A stretch of 49,201 nt of DNA from Euryarchaeota archaeon UBA251 (lineage in GTDB: Archaea; Thermoplasmatota; Poseidoniia; Poseidoniales; Thalassarchaeaceae): positions 1-49,201 of the forward strand of contig DAFJ01000059.1 of NCBI GenBank assembly GCA_002497905.1. Direction: 5' to 3'. The position numbers and the translations under genes are program-made. How positions within the stretch are numbered: position 1 is the stretch's first letter; each line of letters starts with the position of its first letter. Of the stretch, positions 10,401-20,470 are shown piece after piece. A model generated the notes under the pieces. The model searched no databases. It had not been told where the DNA came from and saw only the letters and a program-made list of their open reading frames with translations.

Positions 10401-11933
10401 ATTCCAAACACAGATGATTTGAATGGACCAAGTATTGTCATTCCAGAATTTAACACAACCCAAGGACTGCGAGGAATCGCGGATTTCATGGACTCCTTTT
10501 CAGAGATGGGGCGTTCCGTAAATCAAGTGCTTGCTGATTTGTCTGAGACAGTGACGGGCCAAGCTGGGGAGGAGGCCGCTTCTGAGTTCCAGTTTGGTTT
10601 CGAGTTTGATGCTGATCGCCATTTCGATCTCACTGTTGATGCAGTTCAAGGCTCCATGGGAATAGACGAGCCGGAATGGAGACATGGCATCTCGATGAAT
10701 TCAGGTGTGGAAGGTGAAGAGCAAGGATTCCATGTTCGTGCTTGGCTCCCCGGTCTAGCCCCCGATGTCAAGTTGGATTTGCGTTTCCAGAATGAATCAG
10801 GCCTTGAGATATGGAACATAGAGGTAGAGATGTCTGATTGGCAACCTCTACGTGAGGAGTTCATCATCCAGATTGCTGGTTTCGACGCCCAAGATCTTGA
10901 TTTTTCATTAATCGGCTTCCAACCGGGTGAATCAACTGAGGTTGCAATCCAGACATCTTTCTCGACAAGGGATATAGGGGCGACTTCAGAGGTTACCACC
11001 TCTACTAGTTACCAACTCTCTCATCGTCTTGACTACGTAGTGGCCTCGATTCTAAATCGAGATTTAGGGACTCGATCACAACTTTTCGTGTCTGACATTC
11101 CTGCGATTATCGATCTCTATGCTTCAATTGGCCAATCGATTTCGGTTTCGTTGGATGTTCCAGAGTCAGAGCGTATTCAAGGTGATTCAGTTGGATCAGT
11201 GATGCTTCAGCAACTTCAATGGTTTGAGGGTCAATGGTGGCCTGCAACAATCTTCCTCAAGGATGTACCTGGGGAGATTGACCTAGCAACTGAGCCTGCG
11301 AATGTCTTCGACATAACACAACCAACATCCTTCCAAGGTGTACCGGAGTTCGATTTCTCTGCATCTGGTTCAGGCATGGATCTCTACATGGAAATATCAG
11401 GCCGAGCAATCAACACGAAAGGTGACACAGTCCTTCTAGCTGAGAATCTGATGGAGGAGATGACAGTATCATTGGATGAGAATTTCCATTTGGCGATTCG
11501 ATCATCTGGAGAAGGTATCGGAAAACTCTACCTTCGTCAGAGTGATGTTCCTGCTCAGCCAGGTATCCGGCTGATTCAGATGGAGGCATTGGGTGAGAAT
11601 CTGAAATCCGCAACAATCAGCCTTACTGAGGTAGGTCTCTATCCTGTGTTCCGTATTGGCGATGTCCAAGGTGGAAGGATTGTGTTGAGTGCTCGTGCTT
11701 CGGTTGATTTCATGGGTATGACGTTCGATGGACGCGCAGTCCTACTCGATGCGCAACAGACTTCTGGAATCCCAACAGGGACTACAATCGGTGTCAACGG
11801 ATTAGCTTCTGATCTCTCGTTGCTTAATGTGATACCAGGCTTCGATGGTTCAACAACTCATTACATGGTACCTGAGCCGTTGACAACAGGTGTCCTGACC
11901 CTTTGTACCACGTTATTCGGAGGTGGGTCCTGA
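7431..11933 (+). CDS. Very large (~1500 aa) acidic secreted protein of unknown function
   Basis: Uninterrupted ORF; signal-like RKSLVLVIIMILSVWLP; acidic and beta-rich. Start placed at ATG 7431 (TTGAAG 30 nt upstream). Confidence 0.85.
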   Translation: MSSSKLQSMAPLVERNLPRKSLVLVIIMILSVWLPVPAVSGAIQIDNRDFGVLAELYGALDTRSELLIDDGEGALAANSMSSVDSSIRNSSSSDALGSADNPIPDATWKNITIEPVQHPSPYEIILDPSSAPPGATDSILNTLINITDYVIWTQYETVNGEVVDKFEVIDFSASLLSLFPPLPGQPTPDPFLHEIDIDNLLNDGSTSTNQNSGDLTEEGDCGYDISVGLTIAIDSGDGWGVEGTNIWVEPTIEFNVKMFNGGVSTFDADCDETPESEAGDAVWDSMKTLRVSLFKQFTYSESLFFGSPGPSYIWVIDTHYTIPPEDTSLEVGIERIWFDAPGTVLSALNGPLGLLGLLGVDTSGIKIVSIAAPYAIHLETLGTTACPTGYDPVFDVDANPILHGCGTQAGFGYVHLNEPVNGQREAIEVAYIEFSAHPPIFDDRIPSEVDLVIRTDSVLSTTAADIGEGSLTSIEYFADRRADIHVHFHEDRRNVAPSTIDGSFGNVTESAGWLRGMPAGSLDQLEIERVFKMLGSDKSPELPGRLPERLGLIIAIKNFSKDNSPNANDPSLPVNPADPPQSLVVIRSVQSVTEIDYGSWFLREGADEDRRQIRTRLIGIPTTLVLFGSFAIDGGDEGTNATLDDPNGASLDIFSRILDTTILNLVDIFINIGSALNAVPQALGEALSGGLEAGGGLEGTEFHLQMFDDLGVNRIPDRLDLIEMDLGTSNHPTLAGDHIFLSEDRDLDLVQGRTNSREPLMPIALSIRLSGFSAADISDDQSLDEQMLTLETVNSQPLRVGFIQHDADSLIGASLHIVQISALPDKMSMSLQPSKTFWNASDSVDEITYIGLSEDQRQVVRMRDVPMSFEMEVADSFSWVATEPMTSVEIQVSNHTAPKTMDDDHFLFNYDGLTDTAYLSARITNLSEITFIKADTDVNPEALDSIQLRVDGNRTFRSSIQHVPGPNDPSTRGLHLRALIDPLPGIISMDIPNTDDLNGPSIVIPEFNTTQGLRGIADFMDSFSEMGRSVNQVLADLSETVTGQAGEEAASEFQFGFEFDADRHFDLTVDAVQGSMGIDEPEWRHGISMNSGVEGEEQGFHVRAWLPGLAPDVKLDLRFQNESGLEIWNIEVEMSDWQPLREEFIIQIAGFDAQDLDFSLIGFQPGESTEVAIQTSFSTRDIGATSEVTTSTSYQLSHRLDYVVASILNRDLGTRSQLFVSDIPAIIDLYASIGQSISVSLDVPESERIQGDSVGSVMLQQLQWFEGQWWPATIFLKDVPGEIDLATEPANVFDITQPTSFQGVPEFDFSASGSGMDLYMEISGRAINTKGDTVLLAENLMEEMTVSLDENFHLAIRSSGEGIGKLYLRQSDVPAQPGIRLIQMEALGENLKSATISLTEVGLYPVFRIGDVQGGRIVLSARASVDFMGMTFDGRAVLLDAQQTSGIPTGTTIGVNGLASDLSLLNVIPGFDGSTTHYMVPEPLTTGVLTLCTTLFGGGS

Positions 11934-12529
11934 TGGTTTTGGATAATTTGGATGATCTTGAGTCTGAATTGGAAGACACTAGCCTTGAGATTGCCGGACG
12001 TCGAGTATCACTCTCAGATGTTGAGAGAGCGCATGGAGCGTTGGAATCTGCACGCACTGTGGCAGCAGCGGTAACCCCGGGCCGAGTAATACTTGCAACG
12101 GGCCTAATCTTGCTTCTCCTACTCAGTTCGTTTGGAGTATGGTATTTCCTCGTGCCTCGTGATGCTGTCGCTGTGGAAGTTGTCTACATGCAGGGAGGCC
12201 CAGGTCATGTAGTGTTGGCCGAGGTTCACAATTTTGGGAGCCGAGAAGTAACTGATCTGAGAGTTGACATGCAATTCGAAACTCTAGATGGTGAACTTCT
12301 TGCATCATCATCTTTTGATGCTGCGAATCTTCCTGGACATGTGTCTATTGCAGGCGACGATCTTGAATTCACCGTAGCCGGTGCTTCAGTATGGGAGAAT
12401 TATTCGTTATCAATCACGGTTGAATATACAAATCATCGTGGGGATGTAGTGGAGAAGGTTTGGCTTCATACTGTTGGAGAATGGGCCTTTGAGTCCTTCC
12501 GTGATCATTCGGATGTCCACTGGTTTTGA
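11933..12529 (+). CDS. Single-TM membrane protein with Ig-like C-terminal domain
   Basis: TGATG overlap with the upstream stop and SD GGAGGTGG; TM VILATGLILLLLLSSFGVWYFLV; beta-sandwich-like remainder (EVHNFGSREV). Confidence 0.8.
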   Translation: MVLDNLDDLESELEDTSLEIAGRRVSLSDVERAHGALESARTVAAAVTPGRVILATGLILLLLLSSFGVWYFLVPRDAVAVEVVYMQGGPGHVVLAEVHNFGSREVTDLRVDMQFETLDGELLASSSFDAANLPGHVSIAGDDLEFTVAGASVWENYSLSITVEYTNHRGDVVEKVWLHTVGEWAFESFRDHSDVHWF

Positions 12530-12576
12530 TGACAACAGTAGAGAAGTCCTAAATCCGTCGTGTTGGACCCTCAACC

Positions 12577-15500
12577 ATGATTCGTCGAGGAAGGGCGACG
12601 AGCCTCGCCCTCCTGCTTCTGTTGCAGGTTCTCCTCATCAGCGTCGAATTTGATCCGATGAATGATGGAATTGTATTCGAAGACAATGAAAATCAGAGAA
12701 TCGAATTGAAACCGGATCCCGATTCGATTCGCGGTGTAAGTCCAATTCAGACAGGCGATGCCGAGATTGCTTTCAGACAACCCGGTGCGGATACTGTAAT
12801 CGGTTCTCTTTCCACCAATGGATGGGATTCTAGTACCGTTCTTAGCCCAGATTTTGCCGAGATTCGCGAGGATCTCCACATCGTCGCTCTTGACAGTGGT
12901 GTTGATCCTTGGGAGGCACGGCTCGCTTTGGACGCACTTTCTGACATTAAGGTTCGAACGATGATTCCACCGACTGGTTTCCTCATCCAAGGTGTATCCG
13001 ATGCTTTTTCCTCGGCATCATCTCTTGAAGGTGTGATTGCCTCGACTCAGGTTTCGGTAGGATTAGTCGTGGATGAACCACTTCGTACCTTCGTTGATAC
13101 TTCAACACCCGATGAAGAGGTACGGATTTTAATCACAGGGTGGAGGGATATCGATGGGATACCCCAGCCCTCCTCCAACCTCCAAGGCCATCAGCACTCG
13201 ATCACATCGGTGGATGCGGAGGAGATTCGACCATGGGGTGATGGTCGTGTCGAGGCTACGGTTAGTGTAGGAGCCATTCCTATCCTCGCACATAATCCTG
13301 CAGTGGCTTGGATTTCATTTCCACCACAATGGGAAATACACAACGATCGATCGAGGACTCACATGCGCATATCTGATGCTGCAACTCACTTCATCAGTGA
13401 TCTCAACGGTTCAGGCGTTAAGGTAGCTGTTGCAGATTCGGGAATAGATCAAGATCATGGTGATATGAATGGACGTGTCAGTTATGTCGAGTCATTGACA
13501 TGGGGGGACAGCTCTACTGAGGATAGGCATTCAGGGCATGGAACACACGTGGCTTGCACCGTTTTGGGAGATGGGTCAAAAGGAGGTTACGCGGGAGTAG
13601 CACCTCAGGCCGATCTTTACTTTCAAGCAATGGAGGATGATTCCACAGGGCAGTTCTCTGGTGCCAGTGTCGACTATATGTTACGTACAGCATACAACGA
13701 TGATGTGCAAATCCACACCAATTCATGGGGTTCACAGGGCGACCATGGGCGATATACTACCTCTGCAGCAGACGTCGATAGCCGCACATCACAATATGAT
13801 CAATTCTGGTCCTATGATGGATTCACTGTACTCTACTCTGCAGGCAATGATGGTTCAACAGGCCTGACTCCCCCTGCTACAGCGAAGAACTCCATTGCTG
13901 TGGCAAATCACCATAACCGTGGAGGAAGCGCGCCGGATACTATTGCTCAATCAAGTAGCAAGGGTCCGACAGATGATGACCGAATCAAACCTGATCTTGC
14001 AGCTCCAGGTACCTGGGTTCGTTCTTGCCTATCTCAGGATGCACAGGATACCGGCGGTAATTCGTGGAAGAGCACCTGGTACATCGAGTACTCAGGAACT
14101 TCGATGGCTTCCCCCAATGCCGCTGGTGCTGCAGCCTTAGTATACGAATACCTTACTGAGGTAGCAGGCCGGCCGTCACCACAGGGCGCTCTCATCAAGG
14201 CACTTCTCGTTCTCGGTGCCGAGGATATGGGGGCACGGGATATTCCGAACAACAACGAAGGTTGGGGGAGGATAAACCTTGCAAACTCTCTCATTCCAGG
14301 TTCTGACACTGGTGTTTTCGTAGATGATCGTACCACCCTTCGTTCCGGCGATTCTGCAACCTATGAGTTCAACCTGACACGATCAGGTTCTCCACTCAAG
14401 GTGGTGTTAGCTTGGTCTGACTACCAGGGAAGTTCTTCCAGTAATAACCAATTGAGAAACGATCTGAATCTGGAGGTTATTGCACCAGACGGTACCACGA
14501 CATATCTCGGTAACGCCTTCCAATCTGGGCGCTCTGCTCCAGGGGGTTCAGCGGACAATAAGAACAACCTCGAGGTGGTTCTTGTCGATTCAGCAGTAGC
14601 TGGTGTTTGGCAGGTTCGTATCTCGGATGTATATCATGGTGGAGGGCGGGCTGACCAGCCATTTGCACTTGCTGTTCGGGGTGTTAATGTGAATGATCTT
14701 CGTTCAGATCCGATTGTAATTCTCTCGGATGTATCCTATTCTTCAGAAGTCCCTCAGGTTGGTGAGCAGATTGAGATTAATATCCCCATCATGAATCAGG
14801 GTAGTGGCACCGCAATCGATTTGCTGGTCGATGCAGGAATCCAGCGAGTTGGTACTGCTGGAACCGATTTAGGTCGTCAAACCATAAGTCTTGGTCCTGG
14901 TCAGACACGTATTGTCTCATGGATGTGGACGCCGCAAAGCGAAGGTGAAGTCACTCTTCAAATCATCATTGATCCTGATGGAGCCATCGAAGAAGCAGAT
15001 GAAGACAACAACATTGCGAATATCCCTCTCATAATTTCTGCGCCGGGAATTCGAATTGATGCGAATGTCCTCGCACAGAGTGTGACTTCAGCAAACCAAG
15101 CCTCAACCACATGGGATCTTGACCTCAAGAATACGGCATTGTTACCTACGAACGCCACCATCGAATCAGGAGATCCGGTCCGGGATCATGACTCTCAGTC
15201 GTTCAATTGGTTCCGTTCTTTCAATCGAACTGCGATTCCGTTGGAAGGCAGCGAATCGACTGATGTCTCATTCACGTTGGTTCATCCAAGCCCACCTGAA
15301 CCTGGCACCTATCGGATTCCCTTGACAGGTGTGGATGAAGACAACAGTCTGACCTTCCCGCTGGACCTCCAACTCATTGTCCCAGTTCTTCCGGACGTGC
15401 AGACACAGACTACATCATCTCAGATTTCATTACACCCTGTGGACAACACATCCTTCGAGTTTATCCTCACCAATCGAGGAAACGGTCCTCAGGGATATGA

Positions 15501-17103
15501 TCTCAGGATTGATGCACCTCAGAGTTGGCACATGGGTTTTGATGACCTTGGCTCAACAATTGGGGCGTCGGGTGGTTCCTCAGGTACTATGGCCATTGAT
15601 GAATCGCTAACAGTTCGAATGACGGCAGTGCCACCATATTCTATGATCTCAGCAGGGACTGCACTACAGGCCACAGTTACGGTGACCTCTCAGGTAGATC
15701 CTAGCGAATCATGGACCCTTGATTTCCCAATGGTGGTTGCACCCTTCGATCGACTTGATGCCCGCCTCGACACGCAGGTAGGTATTCTCGCGAAGGATGC
15801 CTCAATTCCATTACAGTACACTATCACGAACACAGGTAATCGTGAGGTCACGATTACTCCAGATGCTGAGGATCGACCTTCCGGTTGGAGTATCTCAAAC
15901 AATCTTCAGTCGTTTACCCTCGGTATAGGCGAGGAGGAAATCTATGGTGTCGGACTTATCGGTAACGGGTATGCGACCTCCGGTTCATTCAACCTCTTGT
16001 TCCGAACTGATGACGGATATGAGATATCGGCTCCAGCACAGTTGAATGTTGAGGAAGACATCAGTGGTTCCCTTGTATTTTCATCTATACTTCTCGCGGA
16101 TGGCACCTTAGGTAGCGATACGATGGAAGTAGGTTCTGTATCATCTGGTCAACCCGGCTTCTTACTGGAATGGTTGGTAACTAACGATGGGAGCACTTCA
16201 TGGACAGGGACCTATTCGCTAGATGTTCCATCTGAATGGTCCTATTCGTGTATTGATCCTGGGGTATTAGCAGCAGGTGTGTCGGATTACCTCACTTGTT
16301 CCGTGGTTATGCCAGATAATGTGGAGGCTGGCTCAATTCCTGCAATTGGTGCAATGGTTTCAGCAGATGATATGGATCTGCTTGACATCGTATCTATCCG
16401 AGTTGCTTCAGTGGAATCCGTTGCTATCACTACATTAACTGAGATTGAGGCTATGGAGATCGGTTCCACAACGTCTCTAGAATTTGAGATTACGAATGAT
16501 GGTAACGTAGCAATCCAACATCGTATAGTAGTCACGTCAGATGATGGCTGGTCGATTGTAATCCTCGATGATCCTAGCATCAATTTGAATCCAGGTTCTA
16601 GTCAACGTATTGATGTTGAAGTCACACCAACTTCTAGAGGCAGTTCAGCTATTCGTGTCCAAGTTCTTGGTCCTGAAGACGCCACTATTGGATCTACTGA
16701 GGTTGGTGTGTATTCAGAACGATCTTCCGTGGAGCCAGCTGAAGGCGGTTCAGGTGCTGTCATCCTTGGAATCGGAATCATCCTCATCGGCATTCTCGCT
16801 GGGGCAGTCATGGTGCTCTTACGCAAGGATAAGCCAACTCCTCAGACCATTCCTGTAAAGGCTCGTGTAGGATTTAGTGGCACCTTGCCACCGCCTCCCA
16901 CAACTTCGAAGCCTGCGGTAACACTTCCGAAGGTTTCTTGTTGGGCTTGTAGTCAACCCATTGAGGCGGAAAATCGTCGTGCTTGTCGCGATTGTGGTGC
17001 CCGGTATCATGCGTTAGGAGGATGTGATCATGCTGGTATTACCGCTTGTCGCCGATGTGGTGCAGATGTTATCTCGTTCATGGAGGAAGGGCATGCACAC
17101 TGA
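12577..17103 (+). CDS. Membrane-anchored S8 (subtilisin-like) serine protease with CARDB/Ig repeats and C-terminal C4HC3 zinc finger
   Basis: Catalytic motifs VADSG (D), HGTHVA (H), SAGN (oxyanion) and SGTSMASP (S); CARDB signature IDPDGAIEEADEDNN; C-terminal TM. Confidence 0.93.
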   Translation: MIRRGRATSLALLLLLQVLLISVEFDPMNDGIVFEDNENQRIELKPDPDSIRGVSPIQTGDAEIAFRQPGADTVIGSLSTNGWDSSTVLSPDFAEIREDLHIVALDSGVDPWEARLALDALSDIKVRTMIPPTGFLIQGVSDAFSSASSLEGVIASTQVSVGLVVDEPLRTFVDTSTPDEEVRILITGWRDIDGIPQPSSNLQGHQHSITSVDAEEIRPWGDGRVEATVSVGAIPILAHNPAVAWISFPPQWEIHNDRSRTHMRISDAATHFISDLNGSGVKVAVADSGIDQDHGDMNGRVSYVESLTWGDSSTEDRHSGHGTHVACTVLGDGSKGGYAGVAPQADLYFQAMEDDSTGQFSGASVDYMLRTAYNDDVQIHTNSWGSQGDHGRYTTSAADVDSRTSQYDQFWSYDGFTVLYSAGNDGSTGLTPPATAKNSIAVANHHNRGGSAPDTIAQSSSKGPTDDDRIKPDLAAPGTWVRSCLSQDAQDTGGNSWKSTWYIEYSGTSMASPNAAGAAALVYEYLTEVAGRPSPQGALIKALLVLGAEDMGARDIPNNNEGWGRINLANSLIPGSDTGVFVDDRTTLRSGDSATYEFNLTRSGSPLKVVLAWSDYQGSSSSNNQLRNDLNLEVIAPDGTTTYLGNAFQSGRSAPGGSADNKNNLEVVLVDSAVAGVWQVRISDVYHGGGRADQPFALAVRGVNVNDLRSDPIVILSDVSYSSEVPQVGEQIEINIPIMNQGSGTAIDLLVDAGIQRVGTAGTDLGRQTISLGPGQTRIVSWMWTPQSEGEVTLQIIIDPDGAIEEADEDNNIANIPLIISAPGIRIDANVLAQSVTSANQASTTWDLDLKNTALLPTNATIESGDPVRDHDSQSFNWFRSFNRTAIPLEGSESTDVSFTLVHPSPPEPGTYRIPLTGVDEDNSLTFPLDLQLIVPVLPDVQTQTTSSQISLHPVDNTSFEFILTNRGNGPQGYDLRIDAPQSWHMGFDDLGSTIGASGGSSGTMAIDESLTVRMTAVPPYSMISAGTALQATVTVTSQVDPSESWTLDFPMVVAPFDRLDARLDTQVGILAKDASIPLQYTITNTGNREVTITPDAEDRPSGWSISNNLQSFTLGIGEEEIYGVGLIGNGYATSGSFNLLFRTDDGYEISAPAQLNVEEDISGSLVFSSILLADGTLGSDTMEVGSVSSGQPGFLLEWLVTNDGSTSWTGTYSLDVPSEWSYSCIDPGVLAAGVSDYLTCSVVMPDNVEAGSIPAIGAMVSADDMDLLDIVSIRVASVESVAITTLTEIEAMEIGSTTSLEFEITNDGNVAIQHRIVVTSDDGWSIVILDDPSINLNPGSSQRIDVEVTPTSRGSSAIRVQVLGPEDATIGSTEVGVYSERSSVEPAEGGSGAVILGIGIILIGILAGAVMVLLRKDKPTPQTIPVKARVGFSGTLPPPPTTSKPAVTLPKVSCWACSQPIEAENRRACRDCGARYHALGGCDHAGITACRRCGADVISFMEEGHAH

Positions 17104-17140
17104 CGGAGGTCATTTAATCGACGGAGTTACAGGGGTACCT

Positions 17141-19879
17141 ATGGCATCCGGTCGGAGACAGGCTCTCTTCGGTGTTTTGCTCATGCTAACTCTCTCTCTA
17201 GCACCCGTTGTGAGTGCAGAGGCAGAGGTCACTTTATCTTCGAATACAATGGCTCAGGAAGCCAGTCCTGATGAGGCTGCAGAGTATACCATCACAGTCC
17301 GAAATACTGGTTCAGATGACATTACAGTACAACTCGCGACCGCTCAAGGTCAGGATTGTCAAGGATTCACATCGAATATTGAGCAGATTTCTGAGACTAT
17401 TTCTTCGGGTTCGAGTGCTACCGCCACGTTAACCGTCACTGTAGCCCAAGGTGCTGAAGGTGATTGTGAGACCACAGTGACTGCTACAGCTAATGCGGCT
17501 CCACCTGCTCCTCCAGGTCAACCCGCGCAGGACGATATTACAGTCACTACCACTGCAGGGGAAGGAGGGAATGGCCTTTTCGGTGTATCTCTATCAACTT
17601 CTCAACCACAGAAGACCTATTCCAGCGGAGAAGAGGAAGACTGGACCGTTACAGTTGAGAACACAGGTCAGAACTCTGCTCAGGTAACATTGACTCTGGA
17701 TGGTGATTCATCTTGTGATTCCGATGAATTGTCAGCCACAGTTGATCCGGCTCAAGTCACACTTCAGGCTGAAGGAGATACCGAGGATGTCACAGTCACG
17801 GTAAACATTCCAGATGGTAGTAGTACGGGGGCCGGTTCGCATTGTTTCATCTTGCGTGCAGAGGTTACTAATGATCAGAATCCGTCGGGTCGTGCATCGG
17901 ATAATTTGTCATTGACCCTAACTATCCCGGAGAGAAAGGAGTGCTCTGCAAGCGTAAGTCCAACCACTCTAGATATTGCGCCCGGTAACACGGCTTCGGT
18001 TAGTTTCACTGTCTCTAATCAGGGAAATACCGATTGGTCGGTTAGCACTGATACCTCTGGTACATTCCAAGATTGGGCTTCGAACCAAGATGCATCATCT
18101 GCTTTGTTAGTGATTGATGGGAGTCGTAGTTTCAACTTCGACATCACTCCAGATGATTCCATCGAAGCGGGTGATACTACAATGATTACGTTCAAGGGAA
18201 TGGATGGTACGGCGATGAAGTGTTCCACTCAACTTGCTGTGAGATTAGGCCAATCATATGCGGCATCACTCAATGTTGCCACATCCGTGCTGTCGAACGT
18301 TGATCCAGGCACTCCAGGTGTCAATTCAGTGACTGTTGGTAATCTCGGAAACGGCCCAGATATCCTTTCCCTTGGCGCCACAATGAGCTACGTCGATGGA
18401 TCAGGTACTCCAAACGGTTGGACAGTTCAGTTTGCGTCTCCTTCTGTTTCTCTGAGTAGTCGTCATTCAAACTCAGGAGACAGTGAGACAGTTGAGGTTC
18501 TCGTAGGCGTACCAGAGAATGCGCGCGCTGACAAAGCAGTCGAAGTTACTGTGACAGTCACCTCAAACGGCGCATCAAGTTCCGGTGTGCTTGCGACTGG
18601 GGCTTTCGAGGTTCGTGTTGCGATGTTCCATGAGGTCTCTGTGTCTACAATTGTAGGAGAGGGGGAGGTGATGCAGCAGACTGGTTCAGCCGGGCAGATA
18701 GTACGTTTCCCGATGACTGTAAACAATCAGGGCAACGTTGAGGATAATTTCCTGCTTGAGGTCTGCGACGGAGGAGTTCCTGGCGATTGTGTGACGCCGT
18801 CTTGGAACACTCGCTTCACTGACATGCAGGGGAACCGCATTACACAGATTACAATTCAACCCGGTGAGAGTGCTGAGGTTGAACTACAGGTAACTGTATC
18901 CTCGTCTGCTTTCGAGTTTGAGGACGCAGAGTTCCGAGCTAATGTCTACGTTCAAGCCCAGACGTCGACAATGACTTCATCTAATTTCCGAGTTCAGGTT
19001 TCAAACTTCGACTATGCTGCGAATATCGCATTCGTAAATCCAGGTGATGATCCAGATGCCATGGATCTCTCCCTTGCTCCGGGGTCATCCTTCAGATTCG
19101 ATGTCATGGTAACAAACGCAGGCAATAGTAGCTTTGTGGACGAAGCTCTCGTCAATGCTTTCGGAATGGAAGGCCTCATCGATATCACCTTGACAATGAA
19201 TGGTAGTGAACTATCTGACGCTTTCTCGATAGGTGCTGCTGGATCTGAATCGGTACTCATTACCGTTGATCTAAGCCTTACTGAACTGGCATTGGATGGC
19301 GACTATGGCACCATTACGATTGAGGCTGCATCTGTGAATGATGCGGCTGAAATATCGGTGCTCAACATTCTTGTTTCTGTCACTACGATTTACGAACTCG
19401 ATGTTACGGTAATCTCTGGAAAAGAGCTTGAGGTTAATCCTCCTAATTCAGCAGTTTTCGAATTAGAAGTCACAAACATTGGCAATGCTGAGACAGAGTG
19501 CATGGTCAACATGTCCGAGGCACTTCGCGGCTGGTCTTTGAGTCACAATGCAGACACCTCATTCAAGTTGCAGCCTGGCGAATCTATCACAGTATTAGTC
19601 AAGGCATCTCCTCCTGTTGGCTTGATTGATGAGGATGCCTTTTCGTTCGTTGTTCGGATTGAACCTGTGGAATCCGCCATCGATGGGACGCCAATTGATT
19701 TGAAGGCAACCGGTTCTCAACAGACTCTGATGGATCGAATTGGTCTTGACGAACAGCAGCAGCAGTACGTTCAGTTTGGTGGCGCGGGCATTATCGCCCT
19801 TCTATTAGTGGGCATGATTATGAGGACTGTACTACAGAATCGTCGTTATTCAAAGGAATTCGAATCTGAAGATTCTTGA
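17141..19879 (+). CDS. Cell-surface protein with repeated Ig-like (COG1470/NEW3-like) domains and C-terminal TM
   Basis: Signal peptide; repeated 'TVxNxGN/S' motifs; paired cysteines; TM GGAGIIALLLVGMIMR. Start at ATG 17141 (TTTAAT 28 nt upstream). Confidence 0.85.
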   Translation: MASGRRQALFGVLLMLTLSLAPVVSAEAEVTLSSNTMAQEASPDEAAEYTITVRNTGSDDITVQLATAQGQDCQGFTSNIEQISETISSGSSATATLTVTVAQGAEGDCETTVTATANAAPPAPPGQPAQDDITVTTTAGEGGNGLFGVSLSTSQPQKTYSSGEEEDWTVTVENTGQNSAQVTLTLDGDSSCDSDELSATVDPAQVTLQAEGDTEDVTVTVNIPDGSSTGAGSHCFILRAEVTNDQNPSGRASDNLSLTLTIPERKECSASVSPTTLDIAPGNTASVSFTVSNQGNTDWSVSTDTSGTFQDWASNQDASSALLVIDGSRSFNFDITPDDSIEAGDTTMITFKGMDGTAMKCSTQLAVRLGQSYAASLNVATSVLSNVDPGTPGVNSVTVGNLGNGPDILSLGATMSYVDGSGTPNGWTVQFASPSVSLSSRHSNSGDSETVEVLVGVPENARADKAVEVTVTVTSNGASSSGVLATGAFEVRVAMFHEVSVSTIVGEGEVMQQTGSAGQIVRFPMTVNNQGNVEDNFLLEVCDGGVPGDCVTPSWNTRFTDMQGNRITQITIQPGESAEVELQVTVSSSAFEFEDAEFRANVYVQAQTSTMTSSNFRVQVSNFDYAANIAFVNPGDDPDAMDLSLAPGSSFRFDVMVTNAGNSSFVDEALVNAFGMEGLIDITLTMNGSELSDAFSIGAAGSESVLITVDLSLTELALDGDYGTITIEAASVNDAAEISVLNILVSVTTIYELDVTVISGKELEVNPPNSAVFELEVTNIGNAETECMVNMSEALRGWSLSHNADTSFKLQPGESITVLVKASPPVGLIDEDAFSFVVRIEPVESAIDGTPIDLKATGSQQTLMDRIGLDEQQQQYVQFGGAGIIALLLVGMIMRTVLQNRRYSKEFESEDS

Positions 19880-19993
19880 GTTGTAGAAAGCACACGTTTC
19901 TGATGGTGCTTTAGGTGATGTAAAGAATAGCCTTATGAGCAGAGTTACGGTGTTTTGACTTACGGGACTTGAGGGTCCTTTGAGGTGCGAGGT

Positions 19994-20461
19994 TTGACAT
20001 CAATACCAGCCGAATATTTGGCTGTTGGACTTATGGCAATCGTCGGGATCCTCTTCCCCTTTGGAGGATTCCTAACCTCCTATTTTCTTCGCCCAACACA
20101 GGATCCAAACGACCCCACAAAAATGCGCTCAATACTCATTCCCGGAATGGAATCTGATCAGAGTCTGTATCCTCGAAGATTGAGTACCTATGAATGCGGG
20201 GCAGATCCAATTGGAGATGCTCGGATAGAATTCCACTTCCAATACTATTGGTATGCCATCATATTCCTTGTTTTTGATATTGCATTCATGTTCCTATCAT
20301 TTGCAGGGATTCTGGTTGCAGAATCAACTTCACAAGGTGGCAGCAGTGTCGTTTCTATGGATGAGGCATGGGGTGGATTAGTTAGCCTAATAGCAATTTT
20401 TGGATTCATGGTTCTTGGCGTATGGTATGTTTTCCGTAAGCGGGGAAGGATTTACATTTGA
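19994..20461 (+). CDS. nuoA: Complex I-like subunit A
   Basis: Motifs TYECGADP and YYWYAIIFLVFDI; 3 TMs; TTG start after SD GAGGTG. Confidence 0.93.
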   Translation: MTSIPAEYLAVGLMAIVGILFPFGGFLTSYFLRPTQDPNDPTKMRSILIPGMESDQSLYPRRLSTYECGADPIGDARIEFHFQYYWYAIIFLVFDIAFMFLSFAGILVAESTSQGGSSVVSMDEAWGGLVSLIAIFGFMVLGVWYVFRKRGRIYI

Positions 20462-20470
20462 GGTGGTTAA

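Noticed and set aside
12526-12576. TGATGA as the C box of another C/D sRNA
   Set aside because: It is a tandem stop codon, with no matching D'/C'/D boxes or closing stem.
19880-19993. Riboswitch or structured leader upstream of nuoA
   Set aside because: Only a weak GGAC/GTCC hairpin is visible; no recognisable aptamer.
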